Shown: positions 27,773 through 42,326, numbered from the stretch's first letter. The stretch is DNA of 64,000 bases from Escherichia coli (GCF_030384885.1 NZ_CP128613.1); one strand, 5' to 3'. Notes: generated by a model not told the origin, from the sequence alone. Numbers and translations: made by a program.

Positions 27773-29482
27773 TTACTGCACCGGCTCCGTCGATGTAACT
27801 TCGCTATTGGAAACGACGCCCGCATTCATGGTCTGGGTCACTTGCTGTTTCTCGGCGTTCACGGCATGCAATTGCCCGTTAACCGTGGGTTTTAGCGGTG
27901 CATTGGCCTGAATATCGCCGCTGGCGGTGAGCTGAATATTGCCGTCGCCAGTCAACGGTAGTTCAGGCCATCCCCACTGTTGCAAAATATTCACCGGCAC
28001 ACCGCGTCCATTCAGGCTGATATGGGTCTGACGTTGTGGCGTTTGTGAAACACTGGCGGTGGCTTCCAGAATGCCTTTTTCGGTAAATGCGCTCAGTTCG
28101 CTGATATTCACCGTGCTGCTGTTGGCAGTTAGCGCCAGCGACGGACGACGGACATCAACACGATTAAACGTTGCGGCGGCGGCATTCAGATTCGCCGAGC
28201 CACTCCAGACGCCCCATTTATGATCGGTAACCAGCGTCAGATTGGCGCCGTAACCATCGAGCGCGGTGAGTTGCCACGGGAAGTCAGGGTTGATATCAAT
28301 AATTAGATTGCGGCTGGCGCTAAATCTCTTCAGTTGCAGACTGTTTAACCAGCCGGGTATCGTTTCCATCCACAACTGTTGCCAGTTTTTCGGCAAGGTA
28401 TATTCCAGTCCGGCAATTGCCGCATCATCAAGGATCAACATTTTCCCGTCACGCAACCAGTTCCCTGACGTTCTTACCATGCCACCTTCCCAGCGGCTGG
28501 TGAACTGGCGGAGCGCTACGCCCTGCGGGGAAAATTCCGCGTTTATAATAGGGTCAAATAAATGCAGCGAACCATAAATGAACTCGCTGGCGTTCATCGA
28601 CAATTTGCCTTCCTGTGTCTGCCAGTCATCTTTACTGAAGGTCATGTTGCGCAAGCTGAGATCGAGGTCGGTCACCGCCCAGTCCGGACCTTGCAGACGA
28701 GCGTCAATGACTTCCAGGCGACCAATCTGCAACGACGGGACAGAGCGTAATGGCGCAAAGAAGTCGGTTAGCGATTTTTCGCTTTGTAGACGGATATCCG
28801 CCAGCCGCAGATTTTCCACTTGCCAGCTGCCGTCGGCGTTACGCTGCGCGTTTCCGGTTAATGTCCCGCGGGCGATGTCGGCACCCAGGTTAGTCAGCGT
28901 AACGCGATCGTTATCAATACTGCCTTCAATGAGTACATTGGTGGCAGGAACATCATTGAGCGAAAGCGATCCGGCACTAAACTGAATCTGCGCCTTCGTA
29001 CCCAGCACTTTACCGGCTTCTGGTGTCCACGGAACCACGCCACCATTTACCCGCTGCGCGCTCAGTTTCCATTCGCTATTCGGGCTATTAAACGCCATAT
29101 CACGCAGTTGCAGACGATCGGCTTTGAACGGCAGCGGCGCGGTCTGGTCGGTGAGATTCAGCGTCCCGTTTTCCAGTAGGATGGTATCGACATGGCGTGG
29201 TTCGGTCAGTTGGCGACTGCTTAGCGCAATGTCGACACTTTTTGCCACCAGGGTCGCGGGCTGACCATCACGACCAAACGTGACGTTCTCCAGCACGATA
29301 TGAGATGGCGCGGAAAAACGGTGATCCATCGCCCCGAAGGCCAGATGATAGTCGCTATTCTCGGAAACCCATGCGCTGATATGTTCTGCTCCCCAGCGGG
29401 TTTGCAGAAGGAAATAGAGGCCAGCGATCGCCACTAACAGAGCGATGAGAATGTAGAGAAGCAGCTTCCCAATAAATTTCAT
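27773..29482 (-). CDS. yicH: AsmA-family protein YicH
   Basis: MKFIGKLLLYILIALLV... has an N-terminal anchor and is 569 aa from this ATG. Confidence 0.9.
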   Translation of the reverse strand: MKFIGKLLLYILIALLVAIAGLYFLLQTRWGAEHISAWVSENSDYHLAFGAMDHRFSAPSHIVLENVTFGRDGQPATLVAKSVDIALSSRQLTEPRHVDTILLENGTLNLTDQTAPLPFKADRLQLRDMAFNSPNSEWKLSAQRVNGGVVPWTPEAGKVLGTKAQIQFSAGSLSLNDVPATNVLIEGSIDNDRVTLTNLGADIARGTLTGNAQRNADGSWQVENLRLADIRLQSEKSLTDFFAPLRSVPSLQIGRLEVIDARLQGPDWAVTDLDLSLRNMTFSKDDWQTQEGKLSMNASEFIYGSLHLFDPIINAEFSPQGVALRQFTSRWEGGMVRTSGNWLRDGKMLILDDAAIAGLEYTLPKNWQQLWMETIPGWLNSLQLKRFSASRNLIIDINPDFPWQLTALDGYGANLTLVTDHKWGVWSGSANLNAAAATFNRVDVRRPSLALTANSSTVNISELSAFTEKGILEATASVSQTPQRQTHISLNGRGVPVNILQQWGWPELPLTGDGNIQLTASGDIQANAPLKPTVNGQLHAVNAEKQQVTQTMNAGVVSNSEVTSTEPVQ

Positions 29483-29602
29483 GGTCTTCCATCCCGTGAA
29501 ATGCACATAAGGGAGTTATGCACGATTTACGCGCAATCCTCAAGGCGGGAATGGTGAAAGAGGTGAGACTGCGGCGGTAATTATCTTACCGCCGCCAGTG
29601 AA

Positions 29603-30994
29603 TTACTGTTTTTCTGGTGGGAAAATCAGATTCAGCACGATGGCAGTAATACCGCCCGCGGCGATCCCGGAGGAGAGCAGGTTTTTCAGCCATTCAGGGG
29701 CAAACTGCAAAATCAGCGGCTGCTGAGACACGCCCAGACCGACCGCCAGCGACAGCGCGATAATCAGAATCGCCCGACGGTTCAGCGGCTCACGAGAAAC
29801 GATACGCACACCGGAGGCGGCGATGGTGCCAAACATTACAAGCGTTGCGCCGCCCAGAACCGGTTCTGGAATGTGTTGTACAAAACCGCTCACTGCCGGG
29901 AACAGACCCAGCACGATCAACATCAGCGCGACGACAAAACCGACATAGCGGCTGGCAACACCGGTCAACTGGATCACACCGTTGTTCTGCCCGAAGCAGG
30001 AGTTCGGGAAAGTGTTAAACACCGCCGAAACAAACGAGTTCAGACCGTTTGCCAGCACGCCGCCTTTCAGACGTTTCATGTATAGCGGACCGGATACAGG
30101 CTGTTCGGAAACGTCAGACGTCGCCGTGATATCGCCAATAGTTTCCAGCGAAGTGATCATAAAGACCAGCATCAGCGGTAGCAGCAGACTCCATTCAATG
30201 CCAAGACCGTAATAGAGCGGCGTCGGCACCATAATCAGTTCTTGCGTCATCGGTTCGTTGCTTTCTGGCAACATGCCCATAAACCACGCCAGCGCATATC
30301 CGGCCGCCATCGCAATCACCAGTGAGGCCACGCGCAAATATGGGTTACGTTGACGGTTAAGCAGGATAATTAAGGCCAAGACCACGCCTGCCAGCAACAG
30401 ATTTTTCGGTGCGCCGAAGGTGTTATCGCTCATGGCTGCGTAACCGCCGCCAATGGATGTTAGCCCAACCTGAATTAGCGACAGGCCGATAATCATCACC
30501 ACAACGCCAGAAACCAGCGGCGTAATAATGCGGCGCGCCAGATGCAGAACACGGGAGATCACCATCTCGGTGCAACTTGCCAGCATCAACGTGCCGAACA
30601 AAGCCGCCATCATGGTAGGAACATCAGCACCACCGGTCTTCAGCGCTGTGCCGCCCATAATCAGCGGGGCAACAAAGTTGAAGCTGGTGCCCTGAATAGA
30701 CAACAACCCGGAGCCAACCGGTCCCCAGGCCTTAATTTGAATAATCGACGCCACACCGGAGGCAAACAGCGACATACTAATAATGTGTTGTGTGTCTTGT
30801 GCCGGTAACCCCAACGCCTGGCAGATTAATAGCGCTGGCGTGATCACCGCAACGAACATCGCCAGCAGATGCTGGCAGGCGGCAAACAGAGTTTGAGGAA
30901 GCGGCGGACGATCTTCAAGACGGTAAATCAGTTCGCTGTTTTGAGTCTGCGCAACCGGTTGCGCATTTTCTGACTCGAGGGTGGAAACAGACAT
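29603..30994 (-). CDS. xanP: Xanthine permease (NCS2 family)
   Basis: [31 protein letters not shown]..., 463 aa. Confidence 0.9.
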
Positions 30995-31273
30995 CGAAAA
31001 CAATCCCGTGGTAGCAAAGCGGGCATTTTAGCTGAGCAAAAGAGAAAAGCAAACGTTTGCTACAGCTTCTTCTAAATATTTAAATGAGATAAATGCACTT
31101 TTTTATATAACTTTTGGTATTTTTCTGCTTAAAATCCATGCCATTTGTTCATTAACAGCTGAGAATTTGACCCAGGAAAGCATGACTCGATACCCGTCAT
31201 ATTTCATGAAGGTGCCACTGCGCGATGAAGTATGACGAGTATGAAAGAGTGATGCGGATACAAAGGAGTAACT

Positions 31274-32479
31274 ATGTTTCATCTCGATACTTTAGCAACG
31301 CTTGTTGCCGCAACGCTGACGTTGCTGCTCGGGCGTAAGTTGGTCCATTCCGTCTCCTTTTTGAAGAAATACACCATACCGGAACCTGTTGCGGGTGGTT
31401 TGTTGGTGGCGCTGGCGCTACTGGTACTGAAAAAAAGCATGGGCTGGGAAGTCAACTTTGATATGTCCCTGCGCGATCCGTTAATGCTGGCTTTCTTCGC
31501 CACCATTGGCCTGAACGCCAACATTGCTAGTCTGCGCGCTGGTGGGCGTGTGGTTGGTATTTTCCTGATTGTGGTTGTTGGCCTATTGGTGATGCAAAAT
31601 GCCATTGGCATTGGTATGGCTAGCCTGTTAGGGCTTGATCCACTGATGGGGCTGCTGGCCGGTTCTATTACGCTTTCGGGCGGTCACGGTACGGGTGCTG
31701 CCTGGAGTAAATTGTTCATTGAACGTTATGGCTTCACCAATGCGACGGAAGTGGCAATGGCCTGTGCAACGTTCGGTTTGGTGCTGGGCGGCTTGATTGG
31801 CGGTCCGGTGGCGCGCTATCTGGTGAAACACTCCACCACACCGAACGGTATTCCGGATGACCAGGAAGTCCCGACGGCGTTCGAAAAGCCGGATGTGGGC
31901 CGCATGATCACCTCGCTGGTGCTGATTGAAACTATCGCGTTGATTGCTATCTGTCTGACGGTGGGGAAGATCGTTGCGCAACTTTTGGCTGGCACCGCTT
32001 TTGAACTGCCAACCTTCGTTTGTGTGCTGTTTGTTGGCGTGATTCTGAGCAACGGTCTGTCAATGATGGGCTTTTATCGCGTCTTTGAGCGTGCGGTATC
32101 CGTTCTGGGTAACGTAAGTCTGTCGTTGTTCCTGGCGATGGCGCTGATGGGGCTGAAACTATGGGAGCTGGCTTCGCTGGCGCTGCCGATGCTGGCGATT
32201 CTGGTGGTACAGACCATCTTCATGGCGTTGTATGCCATTTTCGTCACCTGGCGCATGATGGGTAAAAACTACGATGCGGCAGTGCTGGCAGCGGGTCACT
32301 GTGGTTTTGGCCTTGGTGCAACGCCAACGGCAATCGCCAACATGCAAGCAATCACCGAACGTTTTGGCCCGTCGCACATGGCGTTCCTGGTCGTGCCGAT
32401 GGTTGGTGCGTTCTTTATCGATATTGTCAATGCGCTGGTGATTAAGCTGTATTTAATGTTGCCGATTTTTGCCGGTTAA
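31274..32479 (+). CDS. gltS: Sodium/glutamate symporter
   Basis: 401-aa polytopic protein, MFHLDTLATLVAATLTLLLGRKL.... Confidence 0.95.
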   Translation: MFHLDTLATLVAATLTLLLGRKLVHSVSFLKKYTIPEPVAGGLLVALALLVLKKSMGWEVNFDMSLRDPLMLAFFATIGLNANIASLRAGGRVVGIFLIVVVGLLVMQNAIGIGMASLLGLDPLMGLLAGSITLSGGHGTGAAWSKLFIERYGFTNATEVAMACATFGLVLGGLIGGPVARYLVKHSTTPNGIPDDQEVPTAFEKPDVGRMITSLVLIETIALIAICLTVGKIVAQLLAGTAFELPTFVCVLFVGVILSNGLSMMGFYRVFERAVSVLGNVSLSLFLAMALMGLKLWELASLALPMLAILVVQTIFMALYAIFVTWRMMGKNYDAAVLAAGHCGFGLGATPTAIANMQAITERFGPSHMAFLVVPMVGAFFIDIVNALVIKLYLMLPIFAG

Positions 32480-32588
32480 TTGATGAAGCGGCGGTATAAG
32501 TGCCGCCGCAACAAAGACAAATGTCTGATATGCTTCGCTTATCAAGTCTGCGTATTGATTCACAATTTATTGAATTTGTAGTTTTTTT

Positions 32589-32623
32589 GTAGGACGGATA
32601 AGGCGTTCACGCCGCATCCGGCA
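32589..32623. repeat. REP element (with a degenerate second REP at about 32522-32553, BIME-like)
   Basis: GTAGGACGGATAAGGCGTTCACGCCGCATCCGGCA matches the REP consensus. Confidence 0.7.
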
Positions 32624-32667
32624 GGAAGGTAGGGTAACCTGAAATGGCGGTTTCTCACCGCCGCCTT

Positions 32668-34749
32668 TTACGCATTTGAGTAACGTTCTGTTTCTGGCAT
32701 CCAGCGTTCTATCAGGGCTTTTGCCTGCTGTGGGTAACGTTCGTGAATATGGCGTGCCAGGCGCTGAACTTCCGGGATCATCGCCTGATCGCGCAGCAAA
32801 TCCGCCACTTTAAATTCAGCATTACCCGTCTGACGCGTGCCTAACAATTCGCCAGGGCCGCGAATCTCCAGATCTTTCTGTGCAATCACAAAACCATCGT
32901 TGCTGTCGCGCAGCACTTGCAGGCGAATTTGCGCCGTTTTAGAAAGCGGTGTTTTGTAGAGCAACACGCAGTGAGAAGCCACCGCGCCACGACCTACACG
33001 CCCGCGCAGCTGGTGTAACTGCGCCAGACCCAGACGCTCAGGGTTTTCGATAATCATCAGGCTGGCGTTAGGCACATCAACGCCGACTTCAATAACGGTC
33101 GTGGCAACCAGCAGGTGTAACTCGCCTTGTTTAAATGATGCCATGACGGCCTGCTTCTCGGCTGGTTTCATCCGTCCGTGTACCAGACCAACATTCAACT
33201 CTGGTAGCGCCAGTTTCAACTCTTCCCAGGTAGCTTCCGCCGCCTGTGCTTCCAGTAATTCTGATTCTTCAATGAGTGTGCACACCCAGTACGCCTGACG
33301 CCCTTCAGTCATACAGGCGTGGCGCACGCGGTCGATAATGTCGTTGCGGCGGGTATCCGGGATTGCCACTGTCGTCACTGGCGTGCGGCCTGGCGGCAGC
33401 TCATCTATCACCGAGGTATCGAGATCGGCATATGCAGTCATTGCCAGCGTGCGGGGGATCGGCGTGGCGGTCATGATCAACTGATGCGGATGGAAGCCCT
33501 GCTGCTGGCCTTTCTCCCATAACGCCAGACGCTGATGCACGCCAAAACGATGCTGTTCGTCGATAATCACCAGCGCCAGGCCGTTAAACTGCACCTGTTC
33601 CTGGAAGATGGCGTGTGTACCGACAATCATCTGCACCTGACCGCTGGCGATGGCTTCCTGCTGTGCCAGTCGTGCTTTACCTTTCTGTTTACCGGCGAGC
33701 CAGCCCACTTCGATACCGAGCGGAGCAAACCAGTTACGGAAGTTATTGGCGTGCTGCTCGGCGAGTAATTCGGTTGGTGCCATCAATGCCACCTGTTTGC
33801 CGTGCGCAATCGCACGCAACGCGGCGAGGGCGGCGACCAGCGTTTTACCGGAACCTACATCGCCCTGCACCAGGCGCATCATCGGCACATCCAGCGCCAT
33901 ATCGCGCTCGATCTCCGCCACCACGCGTGCCTGTGCGCCCGTTGGCTTGAACGGTAAGGCTGCGAGGAGTTTATTTTTCAGCGCGTCATTGGCGCTCAGC
34001 GGCTGGGCATGAAAACGCTGTGCTCCGGCACGTAAGGCTAACATGCTGAGGTTGTGCGCCAGCAACTCTTCCAGAATCAGCCGGCGTTGTGCCGGATGCT
34101 GCCCGGTTTCGAGATCGCTAAGCTGTAGCGTCGGCGGCGGGCGGTGCAAAGTGCGCAACGCTTCCGGTAGCGTCATCATTCCTTGTGACAGTTCCGGCGG
34201 CAGGAGTTCTTCAATAGCGCAGGTGTCGAGCAGATCCAGCGCCTGGTCGGTTAATTTACGCAGCGTGGCCTGCTTTACGCCTTCCGTAGTTGGGTAAACC
34301 GGCGTTAGCGTCTCCTGCAACTCTGGCATACTGAGATCGCCCTGCACGCGGTATTCCGGGTGGATCATCTCCGCACCATATTTACCGCGCTTTGCTTCGC
34401 CATAGGCCAGCACGCGGCGGCCAGTCGCCAGGCTATTTTTCATTGCCGCGTTGAAGTTGAAAAAGCGCATGGTGAGAATGCCGGAACCGTCGCTGATCTG
34501 GCAGGTCATCATCCGCCGACCGCCGAAGGAGATATTGCAATTCAGCACTTCGCCTTCCACCGTGGCATAAACGCCCGGCAGTAGTTCACCGATGGGGTAG
34601 AGATGGGTGCGATCTTCGTAGCGCAGAGGAAGGTGTAAGAGTAAATCCTGCACGGTATGCAGGTTGATTTTCGCCAGCTTGTTACTAAGCGCTGCACCAA
34701 CGCCCGTTAGGGAACTGAGCGGGACAGCATCTAACAGGCGACCTTTCAT
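32668..34749 (-). CDS. recG: ATP-dependent DNA helicase RecG
   Basis: MKGRLLDAVPLSSLTGVGAA..., 693 aa, with helicase motifs GDVGSGKT and DEQHRFG. Confidence 0.95.
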   Translation of the reverse strand: MKGRLLDAVPLSSLTGVGAALSNKLAKINLHTVQDLLLHLPLRYEDRTHLYPIGELLPGVYATVEGEVLNCNISFGGRRMMTCQISDGSGILTMRFFNFNAAMKNSLATGRRVLAYGEAKRGKYGAEMIHPEYRVQGDLSMPELQETLTPVYPTTEGVKQATLRKLTDQALDLLDTCAIEELLPPELSQGMMTLPEALRTLHRPPPTLQLSDLETGQHPAQRRLILEELLAHNLSMLALRAGAQRFHAQPLSANDALKNKLLAALPFKPTGAQARVVAEIERDMALDVPMMRLVQGDVGSGKTLVAALAALRAIAHGKQVALMAPTELLAEQHANNFRNWFAPLGIEVGWLAGKQKGKARLAQQEAIASGQVQMIVGTHAIFQEQVQFNGLALVIIDEQHRFGVHQRLALWEKGQQQGFHPHQLIMTATPIPRTLAMTAYADLDTSVIDELPPGRTPVTTVAIPDTRRNDIIDRVRHACMTEGRQAYWVCTLIEESELLEAQAAEATWEELKLALPELNVGLVHGRMKPAEKQAVMASFKQGELHLLVATTVIEVGVDVPNASLMIIENPERLGLAQLHQLRGRVGRGAVASHCVLLYKTPLSKTAQIRLQVLRDSNDGFVIAQKDLEIRGPGELLGTRQTGNAEFKVADLLRDQAMIPEVQRLARHIHERYPQQAKALIERWMPETERYSNA

Positions 34750-34754
34750 GGCGC

Positions 34755-35444
34755 TTACCCTGCCGCCTGCATAGTGGCCCACCAGTCAGCATCGGCTTCA
34801 ATTTCGCCTTGCTGATTAACGTGGGGGTAAGGTAGGCCTTTGCGTTTTGCGACTTTCGCCAGCACCGGATAGCCGCCTTCAAACAACAGCCGTTGTTGCT
34901 CCGCTTCCGGCAACATGCTGTTTTCCCGCAGATACATGCCTGCGTTTTGCCGCTGGCGCTGGGCTTCGTAAAGAATAAGGGCTGAGGCAACGGAAACATT
35001 CAGCGACTGCACCATGCCGATCATCGGAATGATGATGTCCTGATCCGCCAGGGCTAACGCTTCCTGCGTGATACCCGTTTTCTCCTGACCCATCAAAATA
35101 CAGGTCGGGCGGGTGTAATCAATTTCGCGGAAATCGACAGCGTTATCAGAAAGATGTGTAGCCAGGATCTGCATTCCCTGGCCTTTCAGATGGGCAACGG
35201 CATCGCCAATGGTGCGGTGCGTTTTCACCTGTACCCAACTGTTGCTGCCAGCCGCAGCCGAAGCCATGGTGCGCATCCGGCTGCCAGGCCAGACGGCATG
35301 AACTTCATGTACGCCAACGGCATCTGCGGTACGAATAATCGCAGAAACGTTATGGGGTTTGTGGACCTGCTCCATGCAGACGGTCAGATCAGGCTGCCGC
35401 CTGGCGAGCATTTCGCAGATGCGTGCATAACGTGTTGGGTTCAT
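34755..35444 (-). CDS. trmH: tRNA (Gm18) 2'-O-methyltransferase
   Basis: The 229-aa SpoU-family protein is in the spoT operon. Confidence 0.95.
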   Translation of the reverse strand: MNPTRYARICEMLARRQPDLTVCMEQVHKPHNVSAIIRTADAVGVHEVHAVWPGSRMRTMASAAAGSNSWVQVKTHRTIGDAVAHLKGQGMQILATHLSDNAVDFREIDYTRPTCILMGQEKTGITQEALALADQDIIIPMIGMVQSLNVSVASALILYEAQRQRQNAGMYLRENSMLPEAEQQRLLFEGGYPVLAKVAKRKGLPYPHVNQQGEIEADADWWATMQAAG

Positions 35445-35450
35445 AAAACA

Positions 35451-37559
35451 TTAATTTCGGTTTCGGGTGACTTTAATCACGTCTGGCATCACGCGGATTT
35501 TGCGCATGATATTCGCCAGATGCACACGGTCACGGGCGGTCAGACGAATAAAGGCGCTGTAGACGCGACCATCTTTTTCTTCTGTATTCAAACTTTGAAT
35601 ATTCGAGGTCGTGGTGTTAATTGCCGCCGTCAGGTTTGCCAGCGCGCCCTGATGATTGAACATCTCCACCTTGATTTCGGTGATGAACTCCTGTGCCGTC
35701 TCTTTATCCCATTCCACAGCCATAAATTTCTCTGGCTCTTTCTGGTAGCCACGGATGTTACGGCAGGATTCATGGTGGATCACCAGACCTTTACCGGGGC
35801 TGACGTGGGCGATAATCGGGTCGCCAGGAATGGGGCGGCAGCATTTCGCAAAGGTGATCAACACGCCATCAGCACCTTTAATCGGCAGATGCCCGTGGCT
35901 TTGAGTCGCCGGCGGAATGGAGGCGTCCCCATGTTGCATATTTTTCGCGACCACCACGCTCATTGCGTTACCAAGGCCGATTTCAGCCAGCAGATCGTCA
36001 AGCGTTGCCAGCTTCATGCGGTCCAGCTCGCGCTGAATATTTTCCGGCGGGATTTCATTGAGCTTACGGCTGCCACCCAACGCATGATTGAGCAGACGAC
36101 GGCCCAGGCTTACAGAATCATCACGCTTGAGGTTTTTCAGCAACTGACGAATTTTGGCGCGCGCTTTCGAGCTAACGACAAAGTTCAGCCACGCGGCGTT
36201 CGGGCGAGCGCCCGGTGCAGTAATGATTTCAACGGTTTGACCGCTGGTAAGCGGCTGCGACAGCGGGTAAGGCTGACGGTCGACGCGTGCGCCCACGCAG
36301 GCATGACCGATATCGGTATGTACCGCATAAGCGAAGTCGACAGGTGTTGCACCGGCAGGCAGCTCGACAATTCGCCCTTCCGGTGTGAAAACGTAAATCT
36401 CATCCGGGAAGAGATCGGATTTAACGCTCTCGATAAATTCAAACGAACTACCGGCGCTCTGTTGCAGCTCCAGCAGGCTTTGCATCCAGCGCTGGGCGCG
36501 AATTTGTGCGGTAGTACTGGTTTCGCCGTGCTCTTTATAAGCCCAGTGCGCGGCAACACCCATCTCTGCCATCTGATCCATATCTTCGGTACGGATCTGG
36601 ACTTCAACCGGCACGCCGTGCGGGCCAATCATCGAGGTGTGCAAAGACTGATAGCCGTTCGCTTTTGGAATGGCGATGTAGTCTTTCACGCGACCCGGAC
36701 GCGGCTTGTACAGGCTATGCATTTGCCCGAGCACGCGATAACAGGTGTCGGAATCATTGACGATCACGCGGAAGGCGTAGATGTCCATGATTGAGTGAAA
36801 ACGCTGCTCTTTGAGCACCATTTTGCAGTAGATCGAATAAAGATGCTTCTCGCGACCACTGACGCGGCACGGTATTCCCGCTTCCTGCAAACGCCCTTCG
36901 ATTTCCGAGAGGATTTTTTGGATCATCTCTTTACGGTTGCCGCGTGCGGCTTTCACCACTTCTTTGATTACGCGGTAACGGTTGGGATACAGCGCCTCAA
37001 AACCCAGCTCTTCGAGTTCGGTTTTAATGTGGTGGATACCTAAACGGTGTGCCAGCGGGCTGTAAATTTCGAGGGTTTCACGGGCGATGCGGCGACGTTT
37101 GTCCGGGCGAAGTGAGCCCAGCGTGCGCATGTTGTGGGTACGGTCGGCAAGTTTGATGAGAATGACGCGGATATCCTGCACCATCGCCATAATCATCTTG
37201 CGAAAGTTTTCGGCCTGCGCCTCTTTCTTATCGCGGAACTTGAGTTTATCAAGTTTCGACACCCCCTCTACCAGCTCGGCGACGCTTTTACCAAAAAGCT
37301 GTTCCATGTCCTGGTAGGTGGCGGGTGTATCTTCAATCACGTCATGCAGCAGCGCCGCCATTAGCGTTTCATAGTCGAGTTTCATCTCGGCCAGAATGCA
37401 GGCAACCGCTACCGGGTGCGTGATATAGGGTTCACCGCTTGAACGTGTTTGCCCCTCGTGAGCATCACGTGCAACGAGATACGCCTGCCGCAGACGCTTG
37501 ATTTGGTCTTCCGGCAGGTAGGTTTGAATCAGTTGATTCAGGCTTTCAAACAGATACAA
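35451..37559 (-). CDS. spoT: Bifunctional (p)ppGpp synthetase/hydrolase
   Basis: The 702-aa protein has an HD domain (HDVIEDT) and RelA/SpoT, TGS and ACT regions. Confidence 0.97.
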   Translation of the reverse strand: MYLFESLNQLIQTYLPEDQIKRLRQAYLVARDAHEGQTRSSGEPYITHPVAVACILAEMKLDYETLMAALLHDVIEDTPATYQDMEQLFGKSVAELVEGVSKLDKLKFRDKKEAQAENFRKMIMAMVQDIRVILIKLADRTHNMRTLGSLRPDKRRRIARETLEIYSPLAHRLGIHHIKTELEELGFEALYPNRYRVIKEVVKAARGNRKEMIQKILSEIEGRLQEAGIPCRVSGREKHLYSIYCKMVLKEQRFHSIMDIYAFRVIVNDSDTCYRVLGQMHSLYKPRPGRVKDYIAIPKANGYQSLHTSMIGPHGVPVEVQIRTEDMDQMAEMGVAAHWAYKEHGETSTTAQIRAQRWMQSLLELQQSAGSSFEFIESVKSDLFPDEIYVFTPEGRIVELPAGATPVDFAYAVHTDIGHACVGARVDRQPYPLSQPLTSGQTVEIITAPGARPNAAWLNFVVSSKARAKIRQLLKNLKRDDSVSLGRRLLNHALGGSRKLNEIPPENIQRELDRMKLATLDDLLAEIGLGNAMSVVVAKNMQHGDASIPPATQSHGHLPIKGADGVLITFAKCCRPIPGDPIIAHVSPGKGLVIHHESCRNIRGYQKEPEKFMAVEWDKETAQEFITEIKVEMFNHQGALANLTAAINTTTSNIQSLNTEEKDGRVYSAFIRLTARDRVHLANIMRKIRVMPDVIKVTRNRN

Positions 37560-37577
37560 GGGCGACCCGCTTTGTGA

Positions 37578-37853
37578 TTAACGACGACCTTCAGCAATAG
37601 CGGTAACGGCTTGTAATTCAGCGGCTTCCTGCTCTTGCTGTTCCTGGCGTTCGCGAACGTCGAGGATCTGGTTGTTAATCAGACCTTCTTCGATTTCGCG
37701 CAGCGCGATTACTGTGGTTTTATCGTTTTCTTCCGGTACCAGCGGATCCTTTCCGCCTACCTGCATCTGACGAGCGCGACGCGCGGCGACCAGTACCAGG
37801 TCAAAACGGTTACCAATTTTCTCTACAGCGTCCTGAACAGTTACGCGTGCCAT
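37578..37853 (-). CDS. rpoZ: RNA polymerase omega subunit
   Basis: [29 protein letters not shown], 91 aa. Confidence 0.97.
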
Positions 37854-37907
37854 ACTTAAAAAGCTCCACAGGTGAAGAAATGACTGGGCATGATACTGAA
37901 ATCAGGT

Positions 37908-38672
<765 letters not shown>

Positions 38673-38696
38673 GATTCACTGCAATAAAGACGATTC

Positions 38697-41085
<2,389 letters not shown>

Positions 41086-41336
41086 GGTTCTCTCCCTAAA
41101 AATCTGTCTGGCAGGGTAGCGATTTGTGCGCATTGTCACGATTGAGATTTTTTAAGGTGAGAGGAAATTGATAATTTGTAGTTATGTGAAATTGTTATTT
41201 TCTGTAGTGTGAATGCATTATTCTGATTTCGTGATAAGTAAAATGCATTAGAAAAAGTATGGAGTAATTAAACGTGAGGACGAAACTATATGCGTAGCGC
41301 CGCTGTAATTTACAACGGCCTACGGAGATATGTTGT

Positions 41337-42200
41337 TTACTCAATATTCTGGATTTGCTCGCGCATCTGCTCGATCAACACTTTCAGCTCGATGGCAGAG
41401 TTTGTCACTTCGGCATTGATAGACTTCGAGGCCAGGGTGTTTGACTCGCGGTTGAACTCCTGCATCATAAAGTCCAGACGACGACCAACGGCTTCTTTTT
41501 TCTTCAGAATGTTGTAGGTCTCTTTAACATGCGCTTCGAGGCGGTCCAACTCTTCGGCAACGTCAATTCGTTGTGCCAGCAGAACCAACTCCTGCTCCAG
41601 ACGGTTGTTTTCCAGTTGCACCTGGGCGTCTTCCAGCTTAGCCACCAGACGTTCACGCTGCCATTGCAGGATTTCCGGCATATGGGCGCGGACTTTGACC
41701 ACTTCGGCGGTCACGCCTTCCAGACGCTGCTCGATCAATGCTTTCAGCGCCTGACCTTCGGTTTCGCGCGCGACGATAAAGTCATCCAGCGTACCATCCA
41801 GCGCCGCGAGAATTTCAGCAGCAATCGCGTCGAGATCCTGCTCCTGGGCTGCCATCACGCCTGGCCAACGGAGAATATCAACCGGGTTGATTTCCCCTTC
41901 GTCACTCTGCATTTTTACCCAGTTCGCGGCAGTTACCAGCTGTTTAGCCAGTTTTTCGTTGAGGATCAGCTCACCTTGCGCGCTAACATCTGGCTCATAG
42001 CGCAGGGTACATTCCACTTTACCGCGCGTCAGGCGAGAACGAATACGCTCGCGAACGACAGGTTCAAGGCTACGGAACTGCTCCGGCAGACGAAAGTAAG
42101 TTTCCAGATAACGCTGGTTTACCGAGCGCATTTCCCAGGTTGCGCTCCCCCATTCACCCTTGATTTCACGCCGGGCGTAGGCGGTCATACTGCGGATCAT
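41337..42200 (-). CDS. yicC: YicC-family stress-induced protein (putative RNase)
   Basis: 287 aa, MIRSMTAYARREIKGEWGSATWEMRSVNQRYLE. Confidence 0.9.
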   Translation of the reverse strand: MIRSMTAYARREIKGEWGSATWEMRSVNQRYLETYFRLPEQFRSLEPVVRERIRSRLTRGKVECTLRYEPDVSAQGELILNEKLAKQLVTAANWVKMQSDEGEINPVDILRWPGVMAAQEQDLDAIAAEILAALDGTLDDFIVARETEGQALKALIEQRLEGVTAEVVKVRAHMPEILQWQRERLVAKLEDAQVQLENNRLEQELVLLAQRIDVAEELDRLEAHVKETYNILKKKEAVGRRLDFMMQEFNRESNTLASKSINAEVTNSAIELKVLIEQMREQIQNIE

Positions 42201-42326
42201 AGACGTTCCTGTTTATAAAAGGAGAGGTGGAAGGATTATAGCCATCGATGCCTTGTCAGGATAGGAATAACCGCCGGAAGTCCGTATAATGCGCAGCCAC
42301 ATTTGTTTCAAGCCGGAGATTTCAAT

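Noticed and set aside
29571-29595. The hairpin GCGGCGGTAA-TTATC-TTACCGCCGC as the xanP terminator
   Set aside because: The stem is good but there is no U-run on either strand. It may be a Rho-dependent or REP-like structure, and the evidence is not strong enough to list it as a feature.
35154-36794. A 546-aa ORF on the + strand
   Set aside because: It lies entirely antisense to spoT, whose minus-strand translation is unmistakable. The protein is low-complexity and Arg/His/Ala-rich with no start context, which is typical of a shadow ORF in GC-rich coding DNA.
41529-42218. A 229-aa ORF on the + strand
   Set aside because: It is antisense to yicC, the real conserved gene on the minus strand, so it is a shadow ORF.
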